From the IMG/VR virus record IMGVR_UViG_3300037041_000986, positions 1 to 27,019 of that record: a stretch of DNA of 27,019 bases, one strand, 5' to 3'. The notes beneath the pieces are model-generated. The model did no database searches. It saw nothing but the letters and a program-made list of their open reading frames with translations, and was not told the DNA's origin. The stretch's first letter is position 1. Each line of letters opens with the position of its first letter. This DNA comes from a virus. Its lineage: Duplodnaviria; Caudoviricetes. The translations under genes were made by a program, and so were the position numbers. This document shows positions 8,197 to 17,532 of this stretch, piece after piece.

Positions 8197-8816
8197 TCTA
8201 TTAGAGTAAAGTTTATTAGCTGATTAGGCTGAAATATTTTGATAGCTTCAAACCAACGTACATCAGGCACTACTAAGCAACCAGCGGACCACGTATCTAC
8301 TACATGGCCTATGCCACCGCGATGAAAGTTGATGCCGTACCAACCCTTAGTTTTAACGGTTTTATCTAATTTGCGGTCGCGTGTATTGTCGCGCCAAATC
8401 TCAATAGCACCAGCTTGGTAAAAGTAAGGCGCATTTAACCATAAGTGTTTCCAATTCGGTGCGGTTACAAACTTATGTGATGCTATTACTTGCTGCTCAC
8501 ATGCAACCGCCGAACCCGTAATGCCGCCAACGGTAAGCGGGTTAAATATAATGTAATCGCCGGGCGTTGTACTGCATGGTAAAATCATATCGGCCACACG
8601 GTTGTTAAACCTAATACAGTAATCGGCAAACTTATTATCAAACGTTTGGTCGGTTCTAATCCAAACAAGGTCGGTAACAGGTTTTACCCAACCGCGTAAA
8701 TTCATTTCGGCATCAATCCATTGTTTAGCGCCGCCTAATGTTAACGGGCCAACTATGCCATCAATAGCGCCCGAATAATAACCTCGGTCTTTAAGTAGTT
8801 TTTGAAAGTTTTTCAT
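8190..8816 (-). CDS. Putative endolysin/cell-wall enzyme: peptidoglycan-binding domain plus YkuD (L,D-transpeptidase-like) domain
   Basis: N-terminal FQKLLKDRGYYSGAIDGIVGPLT matches the PG_binding_1 pattern; C-terminal GINFHRG...WSAGC matches the H...SxGC catalytic motif. Confidence 0.7.
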   Translation of the reverse strand: MKNFQKLLKDRGYYSGAIDGIVGPLTLGGAKQWIDAEMNLRGWVKPVTDLVWIRTDQTFDNKFADYCIRFNNRVADMILPCSTTPGDYIIFNPLTVGGITGSAVACEQQVIASHKFVTAPNWKHLWLNAPYFYQAGAIEIWRDNTRDRKLDKTVKTKGWYGINFHRGGIGHVVDTWSAGCLVVPDVRWFEAIKIFQPNQLINFTLIEC

Positions 8817-8819
8817 GTG

Positions 8820-9671
8820 TTAATCTTTTTTATAATTAGCGGACCTAACAGGGTAAGCGATATGCCTACAATTAAAACCGCCGCGATTTTGACAAAAGTT
8901 TTCAGGCGTTGTATTTGGTATCATACCCGTACCTTCATCTTCAGCCCAACTTATTTCATCTTCTAAATCTTCAAACAAAAGTAATCCTAATTTTCCGTTT
9001 TTTGTTTCATTTACCCATTGTTCACATTGTTTTCGGCTATCTTTAACAATACTGCCAACGTATAACAACGCATCCATTTTATAAACTTTGCGCACCGCTT
9101 CATTTACTACGCCATCATATTGTAATAGCGCATCCCGCGAAGCCTGCAAGCTGATTCGTTTTAAAACGCCTTGTCGCGCCTCACTTGTTGTTAATTGACC
9201 AGCTATAGAAGTGACCACATCTGTAAGGCTGCTACCTTGGTTAACGGCTACTAATAATTCTTGTTTAAGCGGGTTTATTAGCGTAGTAGTTAAGCCTTGA
9301 CCTTGCATGGCAGCAACTACATTATTAACCGCCCAACTTTTAAAAGGATTCAAAAAACTTTTCTTTATATCTAAACCGTTTAGTTCGCTTTGTATTGTTT
9401 GTTGTTCAGCAGCTAAAGTGTCAAAATTTGACAAAAAACCGCTTACCATGTCATTATATCCCGACTGAATTAGATAGCGTTCTATTGCACGTTTAAATGT
9501 ACTAAGGCGGCTAATATTTTCTTTACTTCGAACTAAATTACCCGAACTTGTTCTGAACTTTTCAATCCACGCCACAACAGCTTTTACAAATTTAGGTTCT
9601 ACTTTATCGTACCTTTTTTGTAAAATTTCTATTGCTTTGTCGTTAATTCTTTCAGGTGCGTTTAGGTCCAT
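8820..9671 (-). CDS. Minor head/head morphogenesis protein (SPP1 gp7/Mu F-like)
   Basis: Immediately after the portal gene; C-terminal GGFNCRH motif and an upstream YVG...DSR..C motif. Confidence 0.75.
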   Translation of the reverse strand: MDLNAPERINDKAIEILQKRYDKVEPKFVKAVVAWIEKFRTSSGNLVRSKENISRLSTFKRAIERYLIQSGYNDMVSGFLSNFDTLAAEQQTIQSELNGLDIKKSFLNPFKSWAVNNVVAAMQGQGLTTTLINPLKQELLVAVNQGSSLTDVVTSIAGQLTTSEARQGVLKRISLQASRDALLQYDGVVNEAVRKVYKMDALLYVGSIVKDSRKQCEQWVNETKNGKLGLLLFEDLEDEISWAEDEGTGMIPNTTPENFCQNRGGFNCRHIAYPVRSANYKKD

Positions 9672-11428
9672 TATTCGTTGTCGTTGTCGCTATCTTCTAT
9701 ATCTTGTTGTGCAAACTGATTTATATCTATTTCTGGTACTTGAACACTTGCAACAGCATCAAACCTTGGCGCTAACTTTGCATCAATAGCATTCTTAATA
9801 GTAGTGTAATCGCTACCCATAATATCAAAACCTTCATCATAATAAAGTTCAGTAACAGCATCAAAAACGAACTGGGCGCTTATTGCATCCTTTTCAGTTA
9901 TTTGGCCGCTTGCTAAAAGCTGTACGCGTTCATCTACTGTATAAAGATATGCGCTATTATACATGGCGCAAATGGTCGCTATTTGGCGCGCAACAGCATC
10001 GGCATTATATCGGCGGTCAACATAGCTTATATAAGATTCGTAACGTATGGCAGTTGGTAAGCCTTTTTGTGATAATGCAAATTCGGCCATTAGTTCCGTT
10101 TCTGTTTTTAGGTCAAACGAAATCGGCGCGTTTACCATTATCGGGCTTTCAGTATCCATAAATACAATAGCTTGAATAATTTTTAAAACATCTTTATAGC
10201 GAGCGTAAACATCGTCGCTAATTTTACCTACTTCTATATATTCTGGTTCGCGGTCCATTTCTTTAGCAACACCTGATTGTGCCGACTTTAAAGAACGGTT
10301 TATGTTTAACACTTGTTCAGCTTTATCTAATGAAGATATTGCTACCTTATTAGTTTCTTGAATCGTGCTAACATCGGGGCTATAATATCTAATCGGTTCA
10401 ACTTGTTGTTTATCGTTATCGCCAAACTTAGAAGTAGTTGGATTTAGGTTATATGCTGCCAATGGTGTAATGCTTAACGTTTTGCCATGGCCTAAACAAG
10501 TTCTACATGTTATGCTGGTATCATAATCATTCGGGTCAGGAACGCGGCCCACACCATTACAACTGCTACAGTCAACCCCTTCAACAAATTTAATAGGAAA
10601 GCATGTCGCAAGCATAACCGATTTGTGCTGATTATCAAAGATAGCAGCATCGTTAAGATAAGGTATTGCAGGGCTAAAATCAGACTTATAAATTTTAAAC
10701 GTATTGCCATATGAATCATATTTAGGAACAACGCGACCGCCCAAAGTAACAAATGGCATAATGCCGCTGTTGTGTTCGTAGATAACTTCAAACATTGTCT
10801 TATCACCATACGCGCGGGCTTGGGCATAAAACATATCAGTTACAATGTGATAATACAAAGGGTTTTCAATACCTAATGTAGCATATTTATTTTTTGATAT
10901 GCCTTTATATATTAGTAGTCTGTATTCAGGGTCGTTAAAAACAATCCTATCAGACTGAATAATTTTCATGTCAATGTTTACGCGTACATTATCGGTTTGT
11001 GTTCCTTCGCCTTTAGGTTCAATAAGTAAAACGGCGTTAGGGTCCAATACGCGGTTCGGAATAAATACAGAAAATATATAGCTTTGTAAATTAGATTCGC
11101 CAAACTTTTCATTTTCGGCAAATTCTTTCATATCTGTATTTTCAAAACGTACAGAATGTTTAGCAGAACTTAGCAGCCTATGCAGTTCGGTAATCGCTTT
11201 TACCAATGGCGATTCTGTTTTAGGCTGATACGTATTTTTTCTGTAAGCTAAAATTTGTTCATCCTCATTCGGAAAAGCCTTATCCAACGCGGGCGGCACT
11301 TCACCATAAAAGTGAGGTTTGATGCTTTCATAAATACGTTTCCAATCGGCCCGAAATGGGTGTACCGGGGGGTTTAGTATTGTAGCATTTACAGAATCTA
11401 AAAATTCGTAAAACTGTTCTATGTTCAT
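9671..11428 (-). CDS. Portal protein with an inserted DnaJ-type zinc finger
   Basis: 585 aa preceding the minor head protein; AQSGVAKEMD tunnel-loop-like motif; acidic C-terminus; CSSCNGVG...CRTCLGHG insertion. Confidence 0.8.
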   Translation of the reverse strand: MNIEQFYEFLDSVNATILNPPVHPFRADWKRIYESIKPHFYGEVPPALDKAFPNEDEQILAYRKNTYQPKTESPLVKAITELHRLLSSAKHSVRFENTDMKEFAENEKFGESNLQSYIFSVFIPNRVLDPNAVLLIEPKGEGTQTDNVRVNIDMKIIQSDRIVFNDPEYRLLIYKGISKNKYATLGIENPLYYHIVTDMFYAQARAYGDKTMFEVIYEHNSGIMPFVTLGGRVVPKYDSYGNTFKIYKSDFSPAIPYLNDAAIFDNQHKSVMLATCFPIKFVEGVDCSSCNGVGRVPDPNDYDTSITCRTCLGHGKTLSITPLAAYNLNPTTSKFGDNDKQQVEPIRYYSPDVSTIQETNKVAISSLDKAEQVLNINRSLKSAQSGVAKEMDREPEYIEVGKISDDVYARYKDVLKIIQAIVFMDTESPIMVNAPISFDLKTETELMAEFALSQKGLPTAIRYESYISYVDRRYNADAVARQIATICAMYNSAYLYTVDERVQLLASGQITEKDAISAQFVFDAVTELYYDEGFDIMGSDYTTIKNAIDAKLAPRFDAVASVQVPEIDINQFAQQDIEDSDNDNE

Positions 11429-11445
11429 TCTATTTGATTTTAAAT

Positions 11446-11472
11446 AGGGCGGCTACATTATATAACCGCCCT
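11446..11472 (-). terminator. Hairpin/probable terminator after the tail tube gene
   Basis: Minus strand AGGGCGGTTA...TAGCCGCCCT followed by ATTT. The U tract is weak, so it may be leaky. Confidence 0.6.
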
Positions 11473-11485
11473 TATAACTATCTAA

Positions 11486-12361
11486 CTATGGAGTAATCGT
11501 AATTACAAGTGAACCAGTAACGCCCGAAGCGTCATTAGCTGTAGCAATTACAGTAACAGTACCCGCACTTGTAGCAGTAAGCAAACCGCCTACACTAATA
11601 GTTGCAGTACCCGAACCAGCAACAACTGACCATGTAACAGTAGCATCAGTAGCATTCAATGGCAGAATAGCCGCAAGCATTTGCAACGTAGCACCATCGG
11701 CAACAGTAGTAGCACCCGCAAAACCTGTAACAACAATTGAAGTAACCCAACAAACGTTATAAGGCAATGTTAACAAGAAGTCTAAAGACAATTGGCTAAA
11801 TGTACCTAACTGTTCGTTATATCTGAATTCAAGTGTCCAATAGGCATCATCCTCATCGGTTTCTGCAATCTGATAGAACGGTCTAACAGTTACGTTTGAA
11901 TACCAACCTAAGAAACGGCCATCGCAAGTTACAAAACCGAATTCATAACCAGCAGCTTTAGAAGGGTTAGAAAGGAAGTTATAAAGTGCATCAATAGTAA
12001 ATGTAAGGTCGTTTTCTGCATCGGTAAGAGAAACAACACGCGACTGTTTTACTACCTCCTCTTGTCCGCAGCTACCGCGTTTTTTAGTAGTAAATTCAGG
12101 TGCAGGCAAACCACCGCTAATACGGCTACCGTTTACGCGGCCAAAAACGTCTTTGTTTGCTATTGCGGTTTCCCATTCAGTAGAATCTGTAATATCGTCA
12201 AATTCGTAATTACATTTTTTTGCAAACCAACCAGCAATACCACCAGAATAAACGGTAGAATCGCAAGGGTCACAAAGATAGTTAGGGGAATTATCCTCGT
12301 CTATGCAAGGCGGGCAAACGCCAAAAGCGCCAAAAAACCCATTGATAAAAGAAATATTCAT
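11486..12361 (-). CDS. Major tail tube protein with C-terminal Ig-like (Big_2) domain
   Basis: About 200-aa beta-rich tube-sized domain plus VTSIVV...ATLQMLAAILPLNATDATVTWS...ATIS..GLLTA...GTVTVIATANDASGV, a classic Big_2 pattern; followed by a terminator-like hairpin. Confidence 0.75.
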   Translation of the reverse strand: MNISFINGFFGAFGVCPPCIDEDNSPNYLCDPCDSTVYSGGIAGWFAKKCNYEFDDITDSTEWETAIANKDVFGRVNGSRISGGLPAPEFTTKKRGSCGQEEVVKQSRVVSLTDAENDLTFTIDALYNFLSNPSKAAGYEFGFVTCDGRFLGWYSNVTVRPFYQIAETDEDDAYWTLEFRYNEQLGTFSQLSLDFLLTLPYNVCWVTSIVVTGFAGATTVADGATLQMLAAILPLNATDATVTWSVVAGSGTATISVGGLLTATSAGTVTVIATANDASGVTGSLVITITP

Positions 12362-12399
12362 GTTTTTTGTTTTTAAATATTTGTAAATGAATTACGACC

Positions 12400-13353
12400 T
12401 CATCTACATTGCTTGTTATCTAATCGACATCTTTTGTCAAATGTCAAATCTAACAAAAACATTCGGTTATCTTCGGGTTTAGAATCATATCTAAAGTTTT
12501 GATATTGCACCGCGTCAACAGTTACGTAATTGCCTCTCACAGCTTGTTGTAGTAACTTAATGTAAAACGGCGGAACAGCGCCCGAAATAATACCATAATT
12601 TTCTGTTATATCTTTACTAATAACTACATTTCTATCATTTTCTACAATCGCTTCAGTATCGCCAAAGAACTCAACAGTTCCAAAAATGCGAAGCGAATTA
12701 TAAAACGGCGTATTATTAGAACCTAAATAGTTAGTCAAAGTTCCGTAAAAATTACCGTTGCAATCATAATTAGCGTAAGTGCTATAAATTAGCGAAGTAT
12801 CGTTTAAGCTTCCGCAGCCTTCAACTTCTTTATAGTATTCGCTAAATAGTCTTCTATCTAATTCAGGTTCTAAGGTTATCTGATTTATTTTGTAATAGTT
12901 AATACGTAATCTGAAACAATCCAAACCAGCGGGGAATAAACCCGTATTAACAAACCAAGTTTGTATGCTACCCGTTGCAAGGCTTTGCCCTACATGGTAA
13001 CTATCTGAAAAATCATCTATAAAAGAACTTATTAAATTATCACAACAATCATATAGGCTAACTTCTACATAATGCGAAGTGCTTGTTGAAGTTTGAAAAC
13101 CTGCTACTAAAACATCATTAGGCATATTATACAAATCTGTAACTTGCGTTTGAAACGGTATAATATCGCCCTCAACATATGGAATATAAAACGGTAAATC
13201 AGAACCGCACAAATTACAGTTCCACGCATCGGCTCCGCTCTGCATTAAGTTAGGCGGCAAAATAGGGCAAGCATACCGAATCGGTACGGGCTGCCTAAAA
13301 GAATATGTCCTACTAATTTCGGGCGTGTATGAAACAGGATAATTTACTAACAT
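12400..13353 (-). CDS. Putative tail-tip/baseplate structural protein, Cys-rich
   Basis: Long ORF in the tail block. ATG 13353 (MLVNYP) is preferred because the ORF-track start at 13371 overlaps the TATCTTTG promoter element. Confidence 0.55.
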   Translation of the reverse strand: MLVNYPVSYTPEISRTYSFRQPVPIRYACPILPPNLMQSGADAWNCNLCGSDLPFYIPYVEGDIIPFQTQVTDLYNMPNDVLVAGFQTSTSTSHYVEVSLYDCCDNLISSFIDDFSDSYHVGQSLATGSIQTWFVNTGLFPAGLDCFRLRINYYKINQITLEPELDRRLFSEYYKEVEGCGSLNDTSLIYSTYANYDCNGNFYGTLTNYLGSNNTPFYNSLRIFGTVEFFGDTEAIVENDRNVVISKDITENYGIISGAVPPFYIKLLQQAVRGNYVTVDAVQYQNFRYDSKPEDNRMFLLDLTFDKRCRLDNKQCR

Positions 13354-13360
13354 ATATTTG

Positions 13361-13368
13361 CAAAGATA
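13361..13368 (-). promoter_or_regulatory. Bacteroidota-type -7 promoter element
   Basis: Minus strand TATCTTTG(CA) in an AT-rich intergenic gap. Confidence 0.6.
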
Positions 13369-13393
13369 CAAATAAAAATTAAATTAAAAAATT

Positions 13394-15841
13394 TTAACCT
13401 AAATCGCTACATTTATATGTATTGCTAAAAGTAGTTATAGGTATTAAACTTGGTACGGGTATTGGTACGGGCATTAAAATTTCATGTCTTACTGTGTGTG
13501 GCCCTGTGCCCGGGTCAAAGTCAGCATCAACTATAAATCTATAATAAGCCGTTCCAATTGTTTCGTTAACTTTTATTGCAGTAACTACATTGCCCGCGTA
13601 ACTTAAAACGCCAACGGGGCTATTTGCATTATCTACAAAGTTATTTTGAACTATATTTAAACCGCCTACATAATCTGGGTGTGCTAATATTTCAGCTATT
13701 ACCGCCGTTGGGTTGCCTGTAATGGTCCACAAAGGCAAAACGCCAACAGTTCTATAAGTTGATGTAGTTGTTAATGCAACTAAGCCAATAGGGCAATAAT
13801 CGGGAATTTGCTGATATGCAATACCTGTTACCCAATAACGTTGGCCTTGCGTTAATTGTTGTACGTTTATTTTGAATATAGCAAAGTCATTAACATCAAA
13901 AGAAGCCGCCACATCGTCAAGTTTTCCGCTAACTAACTGTTGCATTTGTATAGTTATTGGCGCCCAACTTGATTCTTCTTCAATGGCGTTATTATTCGTA
14001 TCGCCTAATTCGTTTGCGGGGTAAATTGTAGCAATGAAATTAACAGAACCATTTAACGCGGGGTCTTTTTCTACTTCAGCTATTATTTGGTCGGCATCAC
14101 AAATATCTATAATTTCGGTTTTGATACCTAAGATATAATCTTCTAAATCATAAAAGCGAATGGCTAATAAGTTAGGGCTAATTGCATCGTTTTCGAAAAC
14201 ATCTACATCTAATTTTTGCACAAAGTCTATTTGTGTAAATTGCGTTATGCCGTTAACCGATGTAGGCTGATTCATGCTAATAGTCCACGTTATTTCAGTA
14301 GATGTGCCCGCGTATTCTTCAGCAATTCTAAAGATACAATCTAATACAAGGTCGTTAACCGTATCAGTTATAATAGTCATATCAGCCGTGACAATTGGCG
14401 GTGTTGCGGGTATAAATCCTTGTACTTGGTTAACCACGCCCGGCACATTTGTAAGCCTACAGATAATGCCCGCAACACTACCATCGAAAGTGCCTGTTAA
14501 ACCTAAAGCAGTTAAAGCCGTTGCATAGCTTAGCTTATCTATATCTAAACGCGCTTTAACTCTTTGGTGCGGTGCTATTGTTAATTCGTTGCCGCTGTAT
14601 TCAGTATTGTATGTGCTAATATAACCTGTTAGCGTTGGTATTGCAGGCGCTGTATAAGTAGCAGTTAGTAATGGGCTTAGATGCGAAGTTACATATTCAG
14701 GATTTGCCGCGTCATGAATATTTACTACTAAATAATATTGGCCGTTTATTTGTAGCTGTGTTCCATCAATTGTAAATTGAACTTCAATGTCATCGGCTAC
14801 GGGTACGTTTTCAAACCAATCTGAAGGCGAATAAATAGCACCGTTAAGTTGACCGCTGCCCGGTGTTGCCTGTGGTATTACAGCATCGGAAAGGCTTAAA
14901 TCTGCTACAAAATTAGCGGCGTTTGTAGTATTATCAACCCTAAACAATAAAATGCGCACATCTGTAATAGGTGGGTTATTAACAGAACCGTTGTAGGCTT
15001 CACCCCTCAATAAGATACGAACGCTGTTTGCTTCGCCTACTGCTAACTGATTATTCGCAATGGTAAATATTGCGTTTGGTATTGTTGTTTGATTAGGTTG
15101 TGCCGCTGTTGCTGTTGCATCGGTAAGTAATGGCAAACTTGCGGCAACTTGTGATGCTGAACTAATTTCAAGTTCACGAATGTAGCGCATCAATAAGCTA
15201 TAACCTAAAAAGTCTGAATTATACCAACGTGCTCGAACGGGTAAGTTTAAGAAATTGCCACCAGCAGGTGTAGTAGGTATAGCCGAAAAACCCGATGGGT
15301 CAAATACGCGCGTAGCAATACCAAAGTTTTTAGCAGTATTATAAATGCTTTGAAACTGATTATTCTGCAGGTTCAAAATAGATGTTAAAAACCTACTTAC
15401 ATTTGTATTACTTGAATTGCCAAATATAAAGTTAGTAGTATCATTTGTAACGTAAAATTCGAATACTACTGTAGCCGTATCATGTGGTGCGGCGCTCTTA
15501 GACATTTCACAATAGATATTATCTAAGGCAGGATTAGTAACATTTAATACAGCTTGTTGTGCCGTAGTGCTTAAAGGATTTAGTGTTTGATATCCAAAAT
15601 CAAAAGCGTTTGTTTGATTAGACAAAACAAATAAACCGGGGTTAAACCTAAGAAACTTATTTAAAAAGCTATTAGCGCCACTACTTGTAATAGTTAGTGT
15701 TAAACGTATCTTATTGCCAATTGCAAAGCCTTCGATAGGCGTAGTAGGTACTGTTGTGCTATCAAATGTAGCTATATTGTACAGTACCGTTCCGCTGCTA
15801 TCAATGCAATCTAATTGTATATCATCGTAAGTATAAGACAT
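13394..15841 (-). CDS. Large beta-rich tail structural protein
   Basis: 815 aa, acidic and T/N/A-rich; coupled to the upstream tail gene by a 1-nt overlap. Confidence 0.55.
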   Translation of the reverse strand: MSYTYDDIQLDCIDSSGTVLYNIATFDSTTVPTTPIEGFAIGNKIRLTLTITSSGANSFLNKFLRFNPGLFVLSNQTNAFDFGYQTLNPLSTTAQQAVLNVTNPALDNIYCEMSKSAAPHDTATVVFEFYVTNDTTNFIFGNSSNTNVSRFLTSILNLQNNQFQSIYNTAKNFGIATRVFDPSGFSAIPTTPAGGNFLNLPVRARWYNSDFLGYSLLMRYIRELEISSASQVAASLPLLTDATATAAQPNQTTIPNAIFTIANNQLAVGEANSVRILLRGEAYNGSVNNPPITDVRILLFRVDNTTNAANFVADLSLSDAVIPQATPGSGQLNGAIYSPSDWFENVPVADDIEVQFTIDGTQLQINGQYYLVVNIHDAANPEYVTSHLSPLLTATYTAPAIPTLTGYISTYNTEYSGNELTIAPHQRVKARLDIDKLSYATALTALGLTGTFDGSVAGIICRLTNVPGVVNQVQGFIPATPPIVTADMTIITDTVNDLVLDCIFRIAEEYAGTSTEITWTISMNQPTSVNGITQFTQIDFVQKLDVDVFENDAISPNLLAIRFYDLEDYILGIKTEIIDICDADQIIAEVEKDPALNGSVNFIATIYPANELGDTNNNAIEEESSWAPITIQMQQLVSGKLDDVAASFDVNDFAIFKINVQQLTQGQRYWVTGIAYQQIPDYCPIGLVALTTTSTYRTVGVLPLWTITGNPTAVIAEILAHPDYVGGLNIVQNNFVDNANSPVGVLSYAGNVVTAIKVNETIGTAYYRFIVDADFDPGTGPHTVRHEILMPVPIPVPSLIPITTFSNTYKCSDLG

Positions 15842-17532
15842 TAAATTAAACCGTTTATAGTTAATGAATTATTATTTGTATCGTAAGTTATCTCAGTAAT
15901 TTGTACTTGACCTTGCGAAGTTGTAACATATTTGTCAATATCTAAAGTAGTAAGTAGGTCACAATCGGCGGTTACCGAAATGGTAACTTTTCGCGTTTTA
16001 ACTGATGTTAATCGCGGGTCATCAATGTATAGAAGCCGTTGGTAGGCTGTGTCGTATTGTTGACCCGAATTATCTACTAATGGGTTTTCTCTTACATGCC
16101 ATTTGTAATTGTATATTCTACCTTCACTTGTTTCTATAAAGTCAGGTATTATATAACCAGGATTATTTATATTTACAGGACCAGAAGCATGAATTGTATT
16201 TTGAACGCCTATTAACTTTGGAAAACTTGAAACACCTGTAGACATAAATAAAGAATGTTCATATTCTCCATTTTGAACAAAAGGATAAAAAGCTACATAA
16301 AAGGGCTTATCAATTGGATTAACATCTAATGCGCTGCCATCGTTTCTAAATTGTGCTGCACCGAATTGAAATGTTTTACTAAATAGTCCTGTTTGTTGTG
16401 GGTTATTAGTTGGATTCCAATCTATAACGCTGTCAACCCATCTTGGCGCAACTTCATCTCCACTTAAATCTACCCCATCTTTAGCGTACATATATTCAGC
16501 ATAAGCTGCAGGGCGTTCACCAAGTGATTCATAACATACAGACAATAATTGGTCATTTTGTAAGTTATCAGTATTAAACCATTCAGTTCCTGAAAAATAA
16601 TCTTTTCGCTCTACTTGTAAAACGCCATTAACAACACGCCATTGTATATTAAATTCTTTAAATTCATCTAAGAACTGTATACCATTTAAGTTAGGTTTAT
16701 TTAATTTAAACCATGTAAGACTTCTTACGCCTCCTATCCTTCCTTTACCCGGAACAAATGGCGTATCTAATCTAACTGTATTGTGATAATAACCGCCAAC
16801 ATCAAATAAAGAACTTTCAAAGCCTAAATTGCATAAGTTACAAAGATTTTTCATATAACTATGTACAAATGGCGATTTATGCTTTTTACCGCATCCTACA
16901 ATAAAATTAGATAAATCTTCAAAATAATTAACATTTAAATTATTTAATACATTAAATAAATTATATATAAATATTAAAGGACCTAATGTTAAAAATATAA
17001 ATATACCTAAAATCATTATTGCTTCTTGCGTTGATGAAGGTTTTAAATCTCCACAATAATAAGTATCAGGTGCAACTCTAAAATAATTTTGACCAAATGG
17101 ATTTCCTACAACACCAATTAAAGTTCCTACTGGTTCCCATATTAAATGATTCTTCAAACATCTAATAGCCAACGCATCCTCACTATTATCCACTACCGTA
17201 ACTTGCGCTTCACATGTTGGGAACGTACACCAACGAACCGAACCGCCCTCAATTTTACCCGTAAATAATAAACGGTCCGAACCATCGGGGTTAGTGCAAC
17301 ATGTATCATATATCAGTACTTGTATGGCTGCAATATTTGGATTTGGCGCGTTTATTATTTGCTGCCTAACATATTCGTAAGTATCGCCTACAACAGTTAA
17401 TTCAGGGGCAAAACTAAACGCAGAATCGCCAGCTTCATCTTTGCGGCGAAAAACAAAACTCGCAGACTCAGTACCGTTAAAGTTATCTAAGTCTTGCGGT
17501 ATGCCATCGAAAAATATTAGTAAGCCGTTCAT
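15841..17532 (-). CDS. Putative tail hub/tip protein
   Basis: First large gene after the tape measure and spanin-like pair; LLFTGKI motif near the N-terminus and a C-terminal QVQITEITYD..NNSLTING strand pattern of hub-like proteins. Confidence 0.55.
   Translation of the reverse strand: MNGLLIFFDGIPQDLDNFNGTESASFVFRRKDEAGDSAFSFAPELTVVGDTYEYVRQQIINAPNPNIAAIQVLIYDTCCTNPDGSDRLLFTGKIEGGSVRWCTFPTCEAQVTVVDNSEDALAIRCLKNHLIWEPVGTLIGVVGNPFGQNYFRVAPDTYYCGDLKPSSTQEAIMILGIFIFLTLGPLIFIYNLFNVLNNLNVNYFEDLSNFIVGCGKKHKSPFVHSYMKNLCNLCNLGFESSLFDVGGYYHNTVRLDTPFVPGKGRIGGVRSLTWFKLNKPNLNGIQFLDEFKEFNIQWRVVNGVLQVERKDYFSGTEWFNTDNLQNDQLLSVCYESLGERPAAYAEYMYAKDGVDLSGDEVAPRWVDSVIDWNPTNNPQQTGLFSKTFQFGAAQFRNDGSALDVNPIDKPFYVAFYPFVQNGEYEHSLFMSTGVSSFPKLIGVQNTIHASGPVNINNPGYIIPDFIETSEGRIYNYKWHVRENPLVDNSGQQYDTAYQRLLYIDDPRLTSVKTRKVTISVTADCDLLTTLDIDKYVTTSQGQVQITEITYDTNNNSLTINGLI

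Noticed and set aside
5687-10827. Nested minus-strand ORFs 5687..5944 and 10510..10827
   Set aside because: Alternative frames inside the capsid and portal genes; I found no slippery site or motif linking them to a product.
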